Source: Andalucia godoyi And28 (Eukaryota > Protista > Jakobida). Taken from it: a stretch of 64,000 nucleotides of DNA. The stretch is taken from NCBI GenBank assembly GCA_009859145.1, contig VRVR01000006.1, positions 273,879 through 337,878 of the forward strand, read 5' to 3'. Shown here in pieces: positions 42,146 to 54,429 of the stretch. The notes under the pieces are model-generated. The model saw only the letters and a list, made by a program, of their open reading frames with translations. It was not told where the DNA came from and searched no databases. A program made the position numbers and the translations under genes. Positions within the stretch are counted from its first letter, which is position 1. Each line of letters opens with the position of its first letter.

Positions 42146-44440
42146 TCATCGCTCTTCTACGATCATTGGTTGCGCAGCGGAGGGCTGTCCGAGCTGTCCG
42201 AGCGAATTTACATAGGCCTCGTCCCACAGAGCAGTGCCCATCATCTGTTTATGCAGATCTGTTGCCTGTGACATCTCGCGGAAAAACTTTCGAACGACAT
42301 CCACAGCTGTGCTGACGAGCAGGTCAGTATTGTAGTCATAAAGGTATTCTTGAATCCATTTCGGAAGCTTCTCTCGTTTGTCGGACCGTCGGTAGCGCTT
42401 GTCTGCAAGAATCATCATGCCGTAGTCTGTTTTGTTTCGGATGACACGACCAATGCACTGCGAAGCCTGGCGGATGGCATCAAACGTCAAGAAATCTTGT
42501 TCCTTGATGTGGTGAATTTCGCTGAGATATCGAAGTCGCGCCTTCAGGACCTTGCTTTCTGTGTACATGTACGGAATACCAAACATGATGACGACGCGAC
42601 CGTAATGATGTTCGAAATCCACACCCTCCGCGACTTTACCTCGTGCAATGGAAAAGAAAACGGCACCGCGTCCGACGTCACAAGCGCGGCGATAGTGTTC
42701 GAGGGCGCGGCTGGTTTCGGCAGTGCCGGGTGTTTCAAGGTAAATCAACTTCTTCTCTGATAGCTTCGCCATGACACCCATGTCATTCCAGACGCTAATG
42801 ACATCCTCCATGTAAAGATACGACGGGAAAAAGCACAGGATTCCGTCTGGGACCACGGTTGCGACATCGAGCAGCAACTCCCCAAAGTTCCGGATCACTG
42901 CAGGAGTGTTTCGAACCGAGAATTCCGAAGAAATTGGAGTCTGATCGGGCCCTTTGGAGACAATCAGCGGGCACATGCAGTTTCTGGGGAGCGTGATTGG
43001 AAAAGAGGCAGTCACTGCGGCCCGGAAATCCAGCATTTTCGGATACATATCCAGGGGAGACAGGGTCCCGGAAGTGATGACCACCGAGTCGAACTTTGCG
43101 AACACGGGACGAATGGCCAGCGAGGCATCCACGCAGGCCAGCTGCAAAACCGGATTGTGGATAGTAGGTGTCCTTGGATCATACGGTTCTATGACAATTT
43201 CAAATCCTTTGTCATACGTACCCATGAGAGTACCAAAATCAGACAGCGCCCTGACTGGCGAAAACTGGTTGATTTCCGTTACCTCCAGAGCGATCAACAA
43301 CGAACGAAGCCGGTCCGAACAGAAACGCAACGCACGGACATCTACTGCAAACTGTGCCTCGAAGCCAGCCATAAACACAGAGGGGCTTTCTTGAATGACC
43401 GAATTTGAAGCCATCCGACTTTGAACATAGTCAATCAATCGGCGAAGAAAAAGCAGGAAATGCTCGGCCTTACGAATGTTACCAGGGACAGCCTCGTATA
43501 AAATATCAGCTGGAAGCACTGGATTGCCGCGAAGATCGTCAGACACCCCGAGGCCCGCAGCAGCAAGGCCATCTCGAAGCTTCCTGTATTCCGTTCGCAA
43601 TCTATCTGCGTTCCTTTCCTGAACTTCATCAATCTTGTTTCGCAGCGTTTGCAGATTTCGAGCCGAGTTGAGAAGCATCGTCGAATCGACATTGACGGAC
43701 AGTGCTTCAATGCAAACGTTGTCGATGTTGTGCGCTTCATCAAATACGACAATACAGTCCCGAGTCAGCTCTTTAGATATGATGCTGGAGATCTTTGGAT
43801 CGAGCAAGTATTGATAGTTGTACACGATGATGTTCGAAAAGCTGATCATTCGTCGAGACATGAAGTACGGGCACAGTGATCGCTGCTTTCCAAATTCATG
43901 GATATCCGCCAACGTATACACCCCGGACGGAAGAATCGCCGTCGTTCCGGCTGCCTCCAGACCCTCAAAGAACGGACACGACGGCACTGCAGGATCCGTC
44001 TTTGCTCGTTCTCGGACCCACGAGGCTGTAAGACTTCTGCAGCCTGCATCAACCTGCGCACCCTCCCACATCTCCGAAACCGTCGGATGGCAACACATGT
44101 TTTTCCTTGCAGACAGTCCAATAGCAAGCACATCCTTGAAAGCGTCTCCCAGCATTGTCTTTCTAAATTCAATCAATCGCTTCAGCTCTTCCAGGGTCTT
44201 TTCCATTTCCGGCACTGTTCGCGTGCAATAAATAAGCTTCGAGCGTTCTGGATGGACAAATTGGTACGACGTGATGAACGATAAGAGAGTGATCGTCTTT
44301 CCAGTCCCCGAAGGCATCTCCAGCACTCCGTGGCCATGAGCATCCAGCGCTCGCTTCAGCTCAACCATGTACCGATACTGTTCCGGATAGATGTATTCAT
44401 ACGGAAACAGCACTTCCACTTCTTCGATATGAAACCGCAT
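42146..44440 (-). CDS. ERCC2: TFIIH helicase subunit XPD/RAD3
   Basis: MRFHIEEVEVLFPYEYIYPEQYRYM, LEMPSGTGKT, YCTRTVPE, VVFDEAHNID, TSGTLSP, RGKVAEGVDF, QCIGRVIRNKTDYG. ATG at 44440. Confidence 0.98.
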   Translation of the reverse strand: MRFHIEEVEVLFPYEYIYPEQYRYMVELKRALDAHGHGVLEMPSGTGKTITLLSFITSYQFVHPERSKLIYCTRTVPEMEKTLEELKRLIEFRKTMLGDAFKDVLAIGLSARKNMCCHPTVSEMWEGAQVDAGCRSLTASWVRERAKTDPAVPSCPFFEGLEAAGTTAILPSGVYTLADIHEFGKQRSLCPYFMSRRMISFSNIIVYNYQYLLDPKISSIISKELTRDCIVVFDEAHNIDNVCIEALSVNVDSTMLLNSARNLQTLRNKIDEVQERNADRLRTEYRKLRDGLAAAGLGVSDDLRGNPVLPADILYEAVPGNIRKAEHFLLFLRRLIDYVQSRMASNSVIQESPSVFMAGFEAQFAVDVRALRFCSDRLRSLLIALEVTEINQFSPVRALSDFGTLMGTYDKGFEIVIEPYDPRTPTIHNPVLQLACVDASLAIRPVFAKFDSVVITSGTLSPLDMYPKMLDFRAAVTASFPITLPRNCMCPLIVSKGPDQTPISSEFSVRNTPAVIRNFGELLLDVATVVPDGILCFFPSYLYMEDVISVWNDMGVMAKLSEKKLIYLETPGTAETSRALEHYRRACDVGRGAVFFSIARGKVAEGVDFEHHYGRVVIMFGIPYMYTESKVLKARLRYLSEIHHIKEQDFLTFDAIRQASQCIGRVIRNKTDYGMMILADKRYRRSDKREKLPKWIQEYLYDYNTDLLVSTAVDVVRKFFREMSQATDLHKQMMGTALWDEAYVNSLGQLGQPSAAQPMIVEER

Positions 44441-44723
44441 GATCTCCTCCACGCTCCTAAACACACAAGTCACTCGAGACGTCGGAATGGAGGGTGAGGA
44501 CTGAAAACGAAGGAATGAAAATAAATCAAAAATGAAAAGCTCACATTCGCTTTGACAGCTTTGGCTTTGTGCATCAAACATTGAACATCAAAGCAATACG
44601 GTTCTCTTACCGTAGTCAAGTCGAGAATTTTCTTTTCATTCTTCACCCTTCTGTGTCTTTCTATTATTCTTTCTGTTTGGGTTTTTTAAAATTATTATCA
44701 GAACCCTCAAGCAGCACCTTTCA

Positions 44724-45271
44724 TCAAGGACAAAACATCTCAGAGCAATCTGCATTGAAGAGTTGGTGTTCGCCCCTCGCATGCAAGCAAAAAAAAAAAA
44801 AAAAAAAAACACAGCATGTGGCTCTTTCGATCTGTCTTCGGGGACAGCTTAGCCAATGCTCGATTGTCTTTGACGAGCGGTATTTGCATTTTGGAGAGTA
44901 TTGTTGTTTGCAAGTTTTTTCTTTCCGCCTTTTGGTTTTCGATTTGGCTATTCTTGAGTAACAAAACAGGTTTTCTAAAGTCTTTACATTACGTGTGAAG
45001 AGCCACCTGGACTCTGTTTGGTGTGGATAGTCGTTCCAGCGTGCCTCAGCAAAAGCGTGCAACGGCACAACAGATTGTGAAGAGCTCGATACAACAACGC
45101 GTCCATCTGGAAACGCGAATGCAGTCTGCAAGAAAGAGTCTTTGAAATCAAGAAAGGTTGCAAGCCATTCTCGAGCACGTACCTAAAAGAAAAAAGAAAG
45201 AAAAGAAAGAAAGAAAGACAATGGTTCGGTAAGAGTGCGCCACGCCCCGTCAAATACGACACGTCATCCAT
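44724..45271 (-). CDS. Possible small spliced hypothetical gene; frame unresolved
   Basis: A strong polypyrimidine/TAG acceptor ends at 45183 and is followed by two long open frames. A candidate start (ATG GAT GAC) lies at 45271. No family recognised. Confidence 0.25.
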
Positions 45272-45704
45272 CTAGTTCATAATGCTGTCGTGCACTCCGG
45301 GATTCCGCAGCCGCTCTCGAATGACTGCCTTTTCACCATCTGCACCATTAGGTCACGGAATGTAAGACAAGATGAAGCAAACGACAAAATATAAACGAAA
45401 ACGAAAACGAAAAAACAAGATGAAACAGAGCGAAACAGAGCGAGACAAACATGAAAAAAATGAAATATGCTTATGGGAGTTTGGACACTGAGGCTTAGTC
45501 GAATTTGGCGGGATCGTTTGCATCCAATTCAACGGGAAGCGCCTTTACCTGTTTTACTATTGTTAATATTATTATTAACAATAATAATTATTATTATTAA
45601 TTACGAGAATCCAACGCCGTCGCCGAGTTTCTTATTTAACGGTGGTGTGTGGAGAGTGTGGGGACTGTGGGGGGCAGTCGGTGGGAAACTGTGTGGCAGC
45701 GAGA

Positions 45705-47954
45705 ATGTGGGAGAAGGGCGCGGCAATTCCTCCAATTACAGGTTTCGTCCAAGTGATTGCAACCCAAGGACATCATTTGCTGTTTTATTACCCATTTCGA
45801 CAAGACCAAGTATCTACGGCGTTTTCGCACAGATATGCACCGTCTTCTTCTTCTGGATCACCGACATCCACATCCACATCCACATCGCCGACGATTGAGG
45901 ATGCGAATCGAAGCACAATCGGAAAGGATTCCTGGAGGAACAAGTTGGTGTTGCCATCGTCAATGGGAAACCAGCTGAACCAGCAGATCTCTGCTTCTGC
46001 AGGGGAGACGCTGAGAAATTCCTCGTCAACGGCAAGCAGTGGATCGGTATCCTCATTTTCTAGCGCTCTTTCATCCTCATCGTCTTCTGGATTGCTGCCA
46101 TCGTCTGGTATAAAACAGGCTCCTGCGACGGGCTCGTCTTTGGAAACGATCTCTTTGCCTGCATTGGACAACATGAGACTGAATACAGAAGCTCTGTTGC
46201 GACTGATGTGTCCTCCGAAATTACAGTTCTGTACATTTTCTTTGGATTCTGTTGTTGTAATGTCGAGGATTCTTCCCTTTTCGTTTGCAACGGAGTCACA
46301 ACAACAGCAGCAACAGCAGCAACAGCAACAGAAGCGGGACATGGGAGTCAACGTGACGCACTTTTCCGTGTCATTTATGGTACCATTGAAGTTTGCAACG
46401 CAGCGAAACATGAATAGATTAGAAGCCCTTTTGAATGCGTATGTGAAAATCGTGCAGAGAGAAGAGAAACGCGCGCAGTACTTGAGCAGGGAGCTCAGAA
46501 CGCTGTTTCATTCTTCTCACGAAGCGGAAAGGCAAGCGCATGCGAGCGGGCTTGAGCCAGAGGACGTGTGGAGTGCGGCAAACAGCAATTCCTTGTTGCA
46601 GTCCAGATTGGCATGCGAACTTCGTGCCATGATCAGGAATGTGGCCTACGGCAGACCAGTTCACTTCAGGGTCAACAACTGGATTGGGCTGACCGATCAT
46701 GGATCCAGATTCTTCATTTCCACCCATTCGCGTGCCTCCCCAGCAGATGCAGTCGTGTTGTTTGCTCCGTTTTCTGAGGATCCTGTTCGCTCGACGTTTT
46801 TGTGCCAAGAATCTTGCTCCATTGGTACCAGCCATGAACACATGATGGACCCACGTCCCGTGACGCTTGATTCTCCGGCCCAGGTGACGTCCCCGCGTGC
46901 ACGCCATAGCAAGGCTGCGGATCATGGCGCCCTTGACGAGTTTCTTGACGACTATCATGATTCTTTTCGCGATTTCCGGAAAATTGCAGCGCAGTTTTCA
47001 CCTTTGGACTGCAACGAAGCCGTTGCGATTACCAACAATTTCTCAGTTCCACTTGTCTGCTCCGTTGCAGATCATTTGGTGTCGCTTGGTTTTGCAGAAA
47101 AGTTGTACAAAATTCAACCATACTCTCTGTTTTACATCCCGGCGTTCGCATTTGCGCCCTTCCCGATACTGTGTGCTGCATTTCGCCAGCGCTTCCCGTC
47201 GTTTCCTTCTCTGCCGGTTTTCCTGTCCTATTTCTCCGAGGTCTTGTGTTTATCTGAAATTTCCGATGTGATTCACGTCGGCAACAGCAACAGCGGCAGC
47301 GGCAGCGGTTTGATCGAGAAAGGAGAAAATCCAGCATCTATTTTCCTTGCTGTCAAATTTCTGATGGAGCATGGCGTCTTGATTCCGTACCTTTTTCATG
47401 TCTTCGTGCTTCCAGAGTCACTGCGTCCCGCGGAGCTTCTTGATAGTCCGCAGGGATCTGACGATGATGTCGATCGCTTCTCGGTAAAGAGCTCCCGAAG
47501 CGTGCGCAGTAATCAAAGTCGAAGAAGCTCCAGAAGCTTTACCGCCTCGACGGTTCGGAGCAGCAGTCGCGCCTTCCATGTACAGGCTTCTGATATCTAT
47601 GAATCGGACAATGATGGAGATGGAGATGGAGATGGAGAGTTCGCATACAATCAGGATGAACACGAAGAGGATGCTGGATCGCAGCACACAGAAGATCGTT
47701 TTCAAGAGCGGAATGACGAAGAAAGACTGGATCTGCTGTTTCAAACGGTTCTGCAGCTCCTGTCATTCAGACAAGCTTCCGGAAAGTCCATTCAAGAATT
47801 GGTACGTGTTCGCGTAATCGATGACGATCACGCTTCCTTCTTGGTTACTCACCGAGACATCCTGATGGACCATGGACTGGCGCACATTCTCAAGCCCGAG
47901 TATGAAATTCCTCTCTCACTTCATCCCATTGATTGGCATCCTTCTCGAGGATAA
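45705..47954 (+). CDS. NPRL3: GATOR1 complex subunit NPRL3/Npr3
   Basis: N-terminal GHHLLFYYPF and central LACELRAMIRNVAYGRPVHFRVNNW match NPRL3 motifs (GxxLLFxYP; LAxELKxxYxxxxxxxxVxxxINxW). Likely ATG at 45705. Confidence 0.75.
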   Translation: MWEKGAAIPPITGFVQVIATQGHHLLFYYPFRQDQVSTAFSHRYAPSSSSGSPTSTSTSTSPTIEDANRSTIGKDSWRNKLVLPSSMGNQLNQQISASAGETLRNSSSTASSGSVSSFSSALSSSSSSGLLPSSGIKQAPATGSSLETISLPALDNMRLNTEALLRLMCPPKLQFCTFSLDSVVVMSRILPFSFATESQQQQQQQQQQQKRDMGVNVTHFSVSFMVPLKFATQRNMNRLEALLNAYVKIVQREEKRAQYLSRELRTLFHSSHEAERQAHASGLEPEDVWSAANSNSLLQSRLACELRAMIRNVAYGRPVHFRVNNWIGLTDHGSRFFISTHSRASPADAVVLFAPFSEDPVRSTFLCQESCSIGTSHEHMMDPRPVTLDSPAQVTSPRARHSKAADHGALDEFLDDYHDSFRDFRKIAAQFSPLDCNEAVAITNNFSVPLVCSVADHLVSLGFAEKLYKIQPYSLFYIPAFAFAPFPILCAAFRQRFPSFPSLPVFLSYFSEVLCLSEISDVIHVGNSNSGSGSGLIEKGENPASIFLAVKFLMEHGVLIPYLFHVFVLPESLRPAELLDSPQGSDDDVDRFSVKSSRSVRSNQSRRSSRSFTASTVRSSSRAFHVQASDIYESDNDGDGDGDGEFAYNQDEHEEDAGSQHTEDRFQERNDEERLDLLFQTVLQLLSFRQASGKSIQELVRVRVIDDDHASFLVTHRDILMDHGLAHILKPEYEIPLSLHPIDWHPSRG

Positions 47955-48199
47955 ACCATCCAAGCCCGTCTTCTTTCCCCACTACTTTCCGCTCGCAGCG
48001 TTCGTCATGTTGTGCGCTCCCTGTGCGGGGCCATGCAGCAGCTCCAACTCCTTCCACGTCTCCATGATTTGTCTACTGTAAAAAAAATGGCATTGAAGGT
48101 TTTCAGACTGCAACAAACCTTGTGGTCAAATAGACTGCGGAAGTTCGTTTGAAATCCCAGATATTGTCGCATAAGAAGAAGAAAAAGAAATCACCACAA

Positions 48200-48262
48200 A
48201 CACTCACTCACACACTCAGTCACTCACTCACTCACTCAGTCACTCACTCAGTCAGTCACTTA
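48200..48262 (+). repeat. (CACT)n tetranucleotide microsatellite
   Basis: Tandem CACT/CAGT units just upstream of the phospholipase B-like ATG. Confidence 0.85.
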
Positions 48263-48285
48263 CACATACATCCCCATCAAGCAAG

Positions 48286-49920
48286 ATGCATAGCAGTGTG
48301 GCCGCGGCAGCGATGTGTGCGATTTGTTGTCTGCTTGTGGTTGCAGCACTGGATGCGTCGGTGTACACGGATGCGTCTGGCAAGGTGACACACATCAGGA
48401 CCGATGTGCTGGACAAGGACACTTCGACGGCGTACGGGTCGTTTGAAGACTCGCTGGAAGAAAGCGGGTGGATGTACCTGAACGTGACGACGAATTCGCA
48501 GTTTGCAGATCCTATCCAGGCGTATGCAGCTGGATACTTGGAAGGGTATGTGTCTGCAGAACGAATCTCGCAGTACTATCTGAATGTTCTGGAACTGATC
48601 TTTGGTGAAAACGCGACTGGTGTTCCGCAACCCGTATTGGAGTTCTTTTCACAGCAGCTGAGCTACGTTGAGAATCAGTACGACAAGCACCCGAATGATC
48701 CCTACTGGGTCTTGGCGTATGCCACGCACCAGACGTTTATTGGAATTGTCGATGGATACAACATGTTTGCAAAGTCCTTTGGAAAGCTACCTGTTCGACT
48801 GGCAGAGGAGTTGCAGATTGTTAATTCACTGGGGGATCTGTCTACCATAATGTCTGTTGTTTTGCCGTCGCAGTTTCGTCCGGACTGGTCTTCCATGGAT
48901 CGGGAGGCTGTTTTGGCGCGGCTGTTCACGTCGAGTCATTGCTCGGCAATTGTCGCCGTGACTCCGGACTTCTCGCAGATGCTCGCTGGCCACACGACGT
49001 GGTTCACATACTCTGCGATGATGCGCATTTGGAAGACTATGGAATTCAACTTTATGAATCCACTGGTCAAGTCGCGAGTGATGCAATTCTCTTCGTATCC
49101 GGGAACAGTGTCTTCGAACGACGATTATCTTCAGATGGCAGATACAAAAATGGTTGTTCTCGAGACGTCAAATGATATTTTCAACAACTCGCTCTATGAC
49201 TTAGTTACTGCCAATGCGTTGCTGTCTTGGCAACGCGTCCAGGTTGCCAGCCGGGGTGCGGCTTCGGGGCCGGAATGGCTGGAATTGTTTGCGCGCGAGA
49301 ACTCGGGAACCTATGTGAATCAGTACATGGTTGTCGATTTCAAGCTGTTTGCACCGTCCCAGCCGCTTCCTGACAACACTCTTACTGTCGTTGAGTTCAT
49401 TCCAGGTAAGACGCGTGGAGTAGATGCGACACCGCTCTTGAGAGCTGGGCATTTTCCGTCGTACAATGTGCCTTTCATTCAGGAAATATATGAAGCTTCT
49501 GGATACCCTGCAATGGCCAAAAAGTACGGACCGGTTCTTACATGGGACCTCGCTCCGCGTGCTGCGATTTTCCGTCGAGATGCACACAATGTGGTCGACG
49601 CGGACTCCATTGGGCGATTCTTGCAGTACAATGAGTGGCAAACAGATCCTCTTTCCAACCAGAACCCCGAGCACGCGATTTCGGCGCGTGGAGACTTGAA
49701 TCCGAATGCTCAGCGAAGATCGGACGGTGGTGGAATCGACACCAAATTTACTTCCTCGGAGTGGATTGGTGCAGGGAAAGCGCGTATCCGGTCGGGACCG
49801 ACGACGGACTCCCAGTCTGTGTTTGACTGGGAACAATATGAGCAAACCACTGGCACGACCTATCCTCGAAGGGGACTGCCTTTGCGCTACGATTTCAATT
49901 GGGTCGACGTTTCCGCGTAA
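48286..49920 (+). CDS. Phospholipase B-like protein (PLBD family, Ntn hydrolase), secreted/lysosomal
   Basis: Signal peptide, SGWMYLNVTT, QAYAAGYLEG, autocleavage site HCSAIV, FSSYPGTVSSNDDY, ENSGTYVNQYMVVD, SYNVPF, GGIDTK. Confidence 0.93.
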   Translation: MHSSVAAAAMCAICCLLVVAALDASVYTDASGKVTHIRTDVLDKDTSTAYGSFEDSLEESGWMYLNVTTNSQFADPIQAYAAGYLEGYVSAERISQYYLNVLELIFGENATGVPQPVLEFFSQQLSYVENQYDKHPNDPYWVLAYATHQTFIGIVDGYNMFAKSFGKLPVRLAEELQIVNSLGDLSTIMSVVLPSQFRPDWSSMDREAVLARLFTSSHCSAIVAVTPDFSQMLAGHTTWFTYSAMMRIWKTMEFNFMNPLVKSRVMQFSSYPGTVSSNDDYLQMADTKMVVLETSNDIFNNSLYDLVTANALLSWQRVQVASRGAASGPEWLELFARENSGTYVNQYMVVDFKLFAPSQPLPDNTLTVVEFIPGKTRGVDATPLLRAGHFPSYNVPFIQEIYEASGYPAMAKKYGPVLTWDLAPRAAIFRRDAHNVVDADSIGRFLQYNEWQTDPLSNQNPEHAISARGDLNPNAQRRSDGGGIDTKFTSSEWIGAGKARIRSGPTTDSQSVFDWEQYEQTTGTTYPRRGLPLRYDFNWVDVSA

Positions 49921-50509
49921 TATGGATCCCATTCCGTTTTGTAAAAGAAATGTAGTTCTTTTGCAAACACGCCCAACCCCAACCCCAACCCCCCAGAGAG
50001 CTTTCATCGGTGCATTTTGCAGAACTGGTCGATGCAGATGGCGTATTTATTTTTCGCGGCGGGATGCGCTCCGACAGGGAGGAATACCGCTAAATCGAAG
50101 CTGCTTGTTGATGTTTGTTGAAATTTCGAGTGTGCGAACGGGCCCCCCGGAGTGTGAGGTGATATATTCTTCGAAACAAGCAATGCGCATTGCTGCTCTC
50201 TCTCCCACTGCGTGAAAACCCAAATAAGCAGCATACACGGCGATGATTGATCTTTTGCAATGATCTCCATTCTCCCTTTCATCTGCCGTCTCATGTTGCT
50301 GCCTCCCTCTTTCCTCTTCACCTTCGATCCCGTCACATTCATCGTTTATGTTATTTGTAATTCTTTAATTAATTATTATTCTTTGCGCATGCAGAACACA
50401 ACATTTTGCTGGAGCCATCTATACAGTACACAAGTAGTTTGGTCGAATTGAAAGTAGCTGGATCGTAAGAAGAGAGTTTCAGCGATAGAACACAAACATT
50501 AATAATAGT

Positions 50510-51058
50510 ATGTTGAAGAAGGCAATTCGGGACACGTATGATCGACATCGCCTTGCGTTTTGGGTTTCGATCACAACAGTTTTTGTGCTTGTGGTTGGAT
50601 TATCATTGTGCATTTATTTTTTGTGGTATCGCGGTGCGAGCTTTCATCAAGAGTTGGTGCGAACCCAGACATTCACGATGAATCGCAAAACGCTGTCTCT
50701 CCAAGCTGTTGTGGAAGTCTGGTACTCCGTAGACAATCGGAATTTTGTCGACATCACTGTGGACGAATTCGTCGTGAGCCTTTGGAGGGAAGGGACGGAC
50801 CATGCCCAAGACCCATTCTACATGAAGCGAATTGGGAAACTAACTTTCAAAGCCAGAGAGAAAACAGACATTAAAATCCAGTTCTCGATTGCCGGCTCGA
50901 GCTCCCCAACTCAGTTCAATGCGTTGGTGTCCGACTGCTTCTTCCAAGGCAAAACAACCATTTCTGCACGAGCTACAGGCCAGGGAAGATACCTCTTGTT
51001 CACTCAAAACGTATCTGAGGATTTCATTGCGTCGTTCGCATGTTCTGCTTCCGGATGA
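50510..51058 (+). CDS. LEA_2/NHL-like single-pass membrane protein
   Basis: An N-terminal TM helix (LAFWVSITTVFVLVVGLSLCIYFLW) is followed by a beta-rich domain with the VDNRNFVDITVD (NxN) pattern typical of LEA_2. Confidence 0.55.
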   Translation: MLKKAIRDTYDRHRLAFWVSITTVFVLVVGLSLCIYFLWYRGASFHQELVRTQTFTMNRKTLSLQAVVEVWYSVDNRNFVDITVDEFVVSLWREGTDHAQDPFYMKRIGKLTFKAREKTDIKIQFSIAGSSSPTQFNALVSDCFFQGKTTISARATGQGRYLLFTQNVSEDFIASFACSASG

Positions 51059-51237
51059 TCGAGCTCTCTGCCGATTGCCTTCTCTCGGATATCCGCAGCC
51101 CGCACGCCTTGGCAGTCGTAGAAAATCGTGAGTCTTGCATAAAATCGTTTAATTTTTACGGTCCCCACTAGCAATGAAAGGTGCCTATTGCACTATTTTT
51201 ATGATGTGTCGGCTGTTTACGCACTTGTCAAGGACGC

Positions 51238-52006
51238 ATGATGACGAGCATATCTCCCCCTGCAGTGGTATACCCGATCATAGTCCGAGGGTCGACCTCG
51301 GTTTCCGCTGCAAGCAAGAAAGGCGCATCGACGTTCCAGTCACCGGCGATGTTCACGCGTTATCTAAAGGATGGATCATTATGGTGCAGACCTCTGGTTG
51401 CGGAAGAGATCTTTGACGATGTTTCGCCGCCGGAGCCAGAGACTGCATCCGAAGCTGCCGGGAGAGAAGTGTATGTATGCATTTTTTCTTTCTTCTCTTC
51501 TGTAAGCAGAGAGGACTTCCCACTTTGCATTGCTGCCGTCTTGGAATACGCATTGTCTCATCCTTTCTGCCCCCTCCCTTCCCTTCCCTTCACGAGTTTG
51601 GGTGCGTAGACTTATTACGGAGTCCGAGAAGAAACGTTCGGGGTCCACAACAGTGGCAGTTCGAAACAATCCTACATGGTGGGAGTCTTGGAAAACGTCT
51701 GTTGTTCGTGTTGTTGAAAGGTTTGGGATTCATGCAGGTCAGACAACGGGCGTGCTTTTGAAGGAGCCATTAACTGCGCTGTCGCGATCTCCAGTTTTTG
51801 AGACCGGCGAGGTCCAGTTGGTTCATCAAGTAGACATGGAGCAGGTTCGAGAAGTCCTTGGATACGCAGGTCTCTTTGTTCTTGGCACTCAGTTGTCTGG
51901 CGCTGCGATTCGCCGGCTGATCCGGCCGTCGCGGTCACTTGACTGTTGCGATCGCCATCGTCTTCAGCAGGACACCAGCACCCATCAATCTTCCTCTTTT
52001 CTGTAG
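51238..52006 (+). CDS. Hypothetical spliced protein (intron 51471-51609)
   Basis: A GTATGT donor at 51471 and a TAG acceptor at 51609 join ORFs 51238+ and 51530+ in frame (...GREV|LITESEKKR...). Confidence 0.5.
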
Positions 52007-52091
52007 GGAGAGAGGACGAAAAGCAGATTCTACCTTCATGTTCTTTAATTTGTATCGTGGACAAGATGGAATTTTGGCGGCTTCTTTTAAT

Positions 52092-54191
52092 TCATCCCTT
52101 GATAGTGTGGCTGTATTTGGATTCAAAGTTACGTTTGCGCACAATCTCTTCGACTTCCTGCACAGTGCGCTCGTCGATCCCGGTCATTCGGATATCCAGG
52201 CCGTGGAGGTTCGGATTGTCCCGAAGGATAGCCAGAACAACTTCTCCGGACTCGCGACCAAGTGGGTTGTCCGAGATATCCAAGTATCGAATCGCGATCT
52301 TGCGTGCCGGTTCTTCTTTCAGAAGGGGTTTGACGCCGGAGTCTTTTCGATCCACGAGTAGCGGGGTTTCCCTGCCTGTGGAACGGAGATTGAGTGATGA
52401 ATGTGTCGGGAGTGGGCTTGCAGATGTGGATTGTGTGACAAGGTTTGCGAAACCGGTCGCTGCACGGTACACCGCTGTCATGCAATCGCCGGTCAGTTCA
52501 TTCGAACTGATCACCAGACGTTCCAATGTGTGATTTTCGCGGAGACCTTCACACAACATTTGGCCACCTTCTTTTTGCAAGTGATTCAATCGCAGATCCA
52601 CTACTCGCAGACTTGTATTCTTCCTTAGTGCCAAGCCAAAGAGCTGCCCAGACACCGAAGTAAAGGAGTTGTTCGACATGTAGAGTTCCTTGAGGGATGT
52701 GTTGGAGGCCAACAGAGTAGCCATTGCTTGGGCACCATTGTCTCCAACAATGTTGTGAGAAATATCAAGTATCTCCAAAGTTGTGTTCTTGACGAGTCCT
52801 GAAAGAATCCCACGAAGCAGGATATCGTCCATCATGCACTCTGACAGCCGAAGGATCTTCAATCCTCGAACGGTCTTCAAGATTTCGGCAATATATGAAG
52901 CATCCGACTGCCTCATCCCGAGCATGTTCATCTCGAAGCCCATTCCCTGCGTTCGAATTCCGTAGGAAACAGAAAACTCGGTGATGTTCGGAAACAGATT
53001 AAACAACGCCGGCAGCGAAACATGCGACCGAAGTTGGCGAAGCGTTAATCGTCGAACAAATGGGGCCAAAACAGGGGCGATCTTTTTCAGTTGCACAAGC
53101 ATAAGACTAGGATCAATCGGCAGATCGCGCTCCAGCATTCCTTGCACTTCTTTTTCCAAGAATATCTGCTTGTACGTAAGCTGCACAGCTCCCGTCGTGG
53201 TCGTGGTCACTGCATCGCTCGGCTTCTTCTCGTAGAACGAACCGTTGACTTGTGGCATAGAGACAGGATGCTTACGATCAATTGAAAGCCCATGGAACGT
53301 TCCAAGCTCTCCGACCGAGTACTTTGCCAACGCGCATTTCTTCCAGTATCGTTCATCTTCAATTACGGCCGCAGCAGCAGGCACGGGCACATCCGTTGAA
53401 ATGTACGGAACAACACGCGCAATCAAAGCATCATCAAGTTCTCCAAACGTCGGGTTCTTCGCAAATCCAAATCCGATTGTCCTCGCACAGAGATCTGTAA
53501 GAGACGGCACAAAGTACGAAGATCGATTCTCTGTTGCCTGGGAATCGTGCAGCGCTGCCAACGCCTTGTTCTTTGCTTCACTCTCAGTATGCACAAAATC
53601 GTTGTAATCAAAATGTGCCAACTCAGCTTCCGCTCGACGCTTTGCAAGATCGCTTTGCTGCATCTTGGCCATATATCTCATTTTAATCTCTTTCCGACGA
53701 ATGTTCCGGAGCGGATTGTATCTTGATTCCTCCTCCGAAAGGCTACTCGCGACCTGTGCATATGCACTTTGGATGTCTGCTTCGTACGCACCCATTCCAG
53801 GAGTGGAGTTTCTCGCAGCAAACATCTCTACCCAAAACAACAACAACAGCAGAAAAAACACATCAACATTAGGCCCATGCATTCAGATTACGGAATAATA
53901 ATGAAGAAACAGAAAGAAGAAGAAGAAGAAGAAGATGATCGACAGAGAGAAAAAAAACAAAAAAACAAAAACAAAAAAACACGACTGATACATACGCGAA
54001 GTACCGTCTGCAGAATCCGAGTACGCGGATGTGTTATGGTGGCTTTCGAAAACGTCGATTCCGGACTGAGTTCTCGATGGAGATCTTGATTGAACCCTCG
54101 ATGGAGACCGAGACTGCGACCTTGAGTGAGACCGAACTGCCTCGCCGCCAGACGGTGATGATGATTCGTCCTCATAATTCTCAGCACTCAT
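52092..54191 (-). CDS. DRC5/TCTE1: Dynein regulatory complex subunit 5 (TCTE1), LRR protein; intron 53828-53995
   Basis: VPSLTDLC, IEDERYWKKC, YKQIFLEKEVQ, VRRLTLRQLRSH and RNI-like LRRs. Exon 1 (54191-53996) splices in frame to exon 2 via GTATGT...TAG. Confidence 0.85.
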
Positions 54192-54429
54192 TCTTTTTTT
54201 GCTTCCGTTTTCCCCTTCCTCCTATTTCATCCAGTGACAACAGCAAATAAAAAGGGGAATTTCTGTTTTTGGTTAAATTGTTTTTGGCAGATCATGAAAA
54301 CGACTGAAGAAGAAACAAAAAGAAGCCCAGAAAAAATAACACAATAATTCAAAAAACCAACAAACCATGCGATGGCGCTGGCGTCGGCCGTTGAAAGTTC
54401 GTGGCGATAACTGGCCGTAGTCAAAGGAG

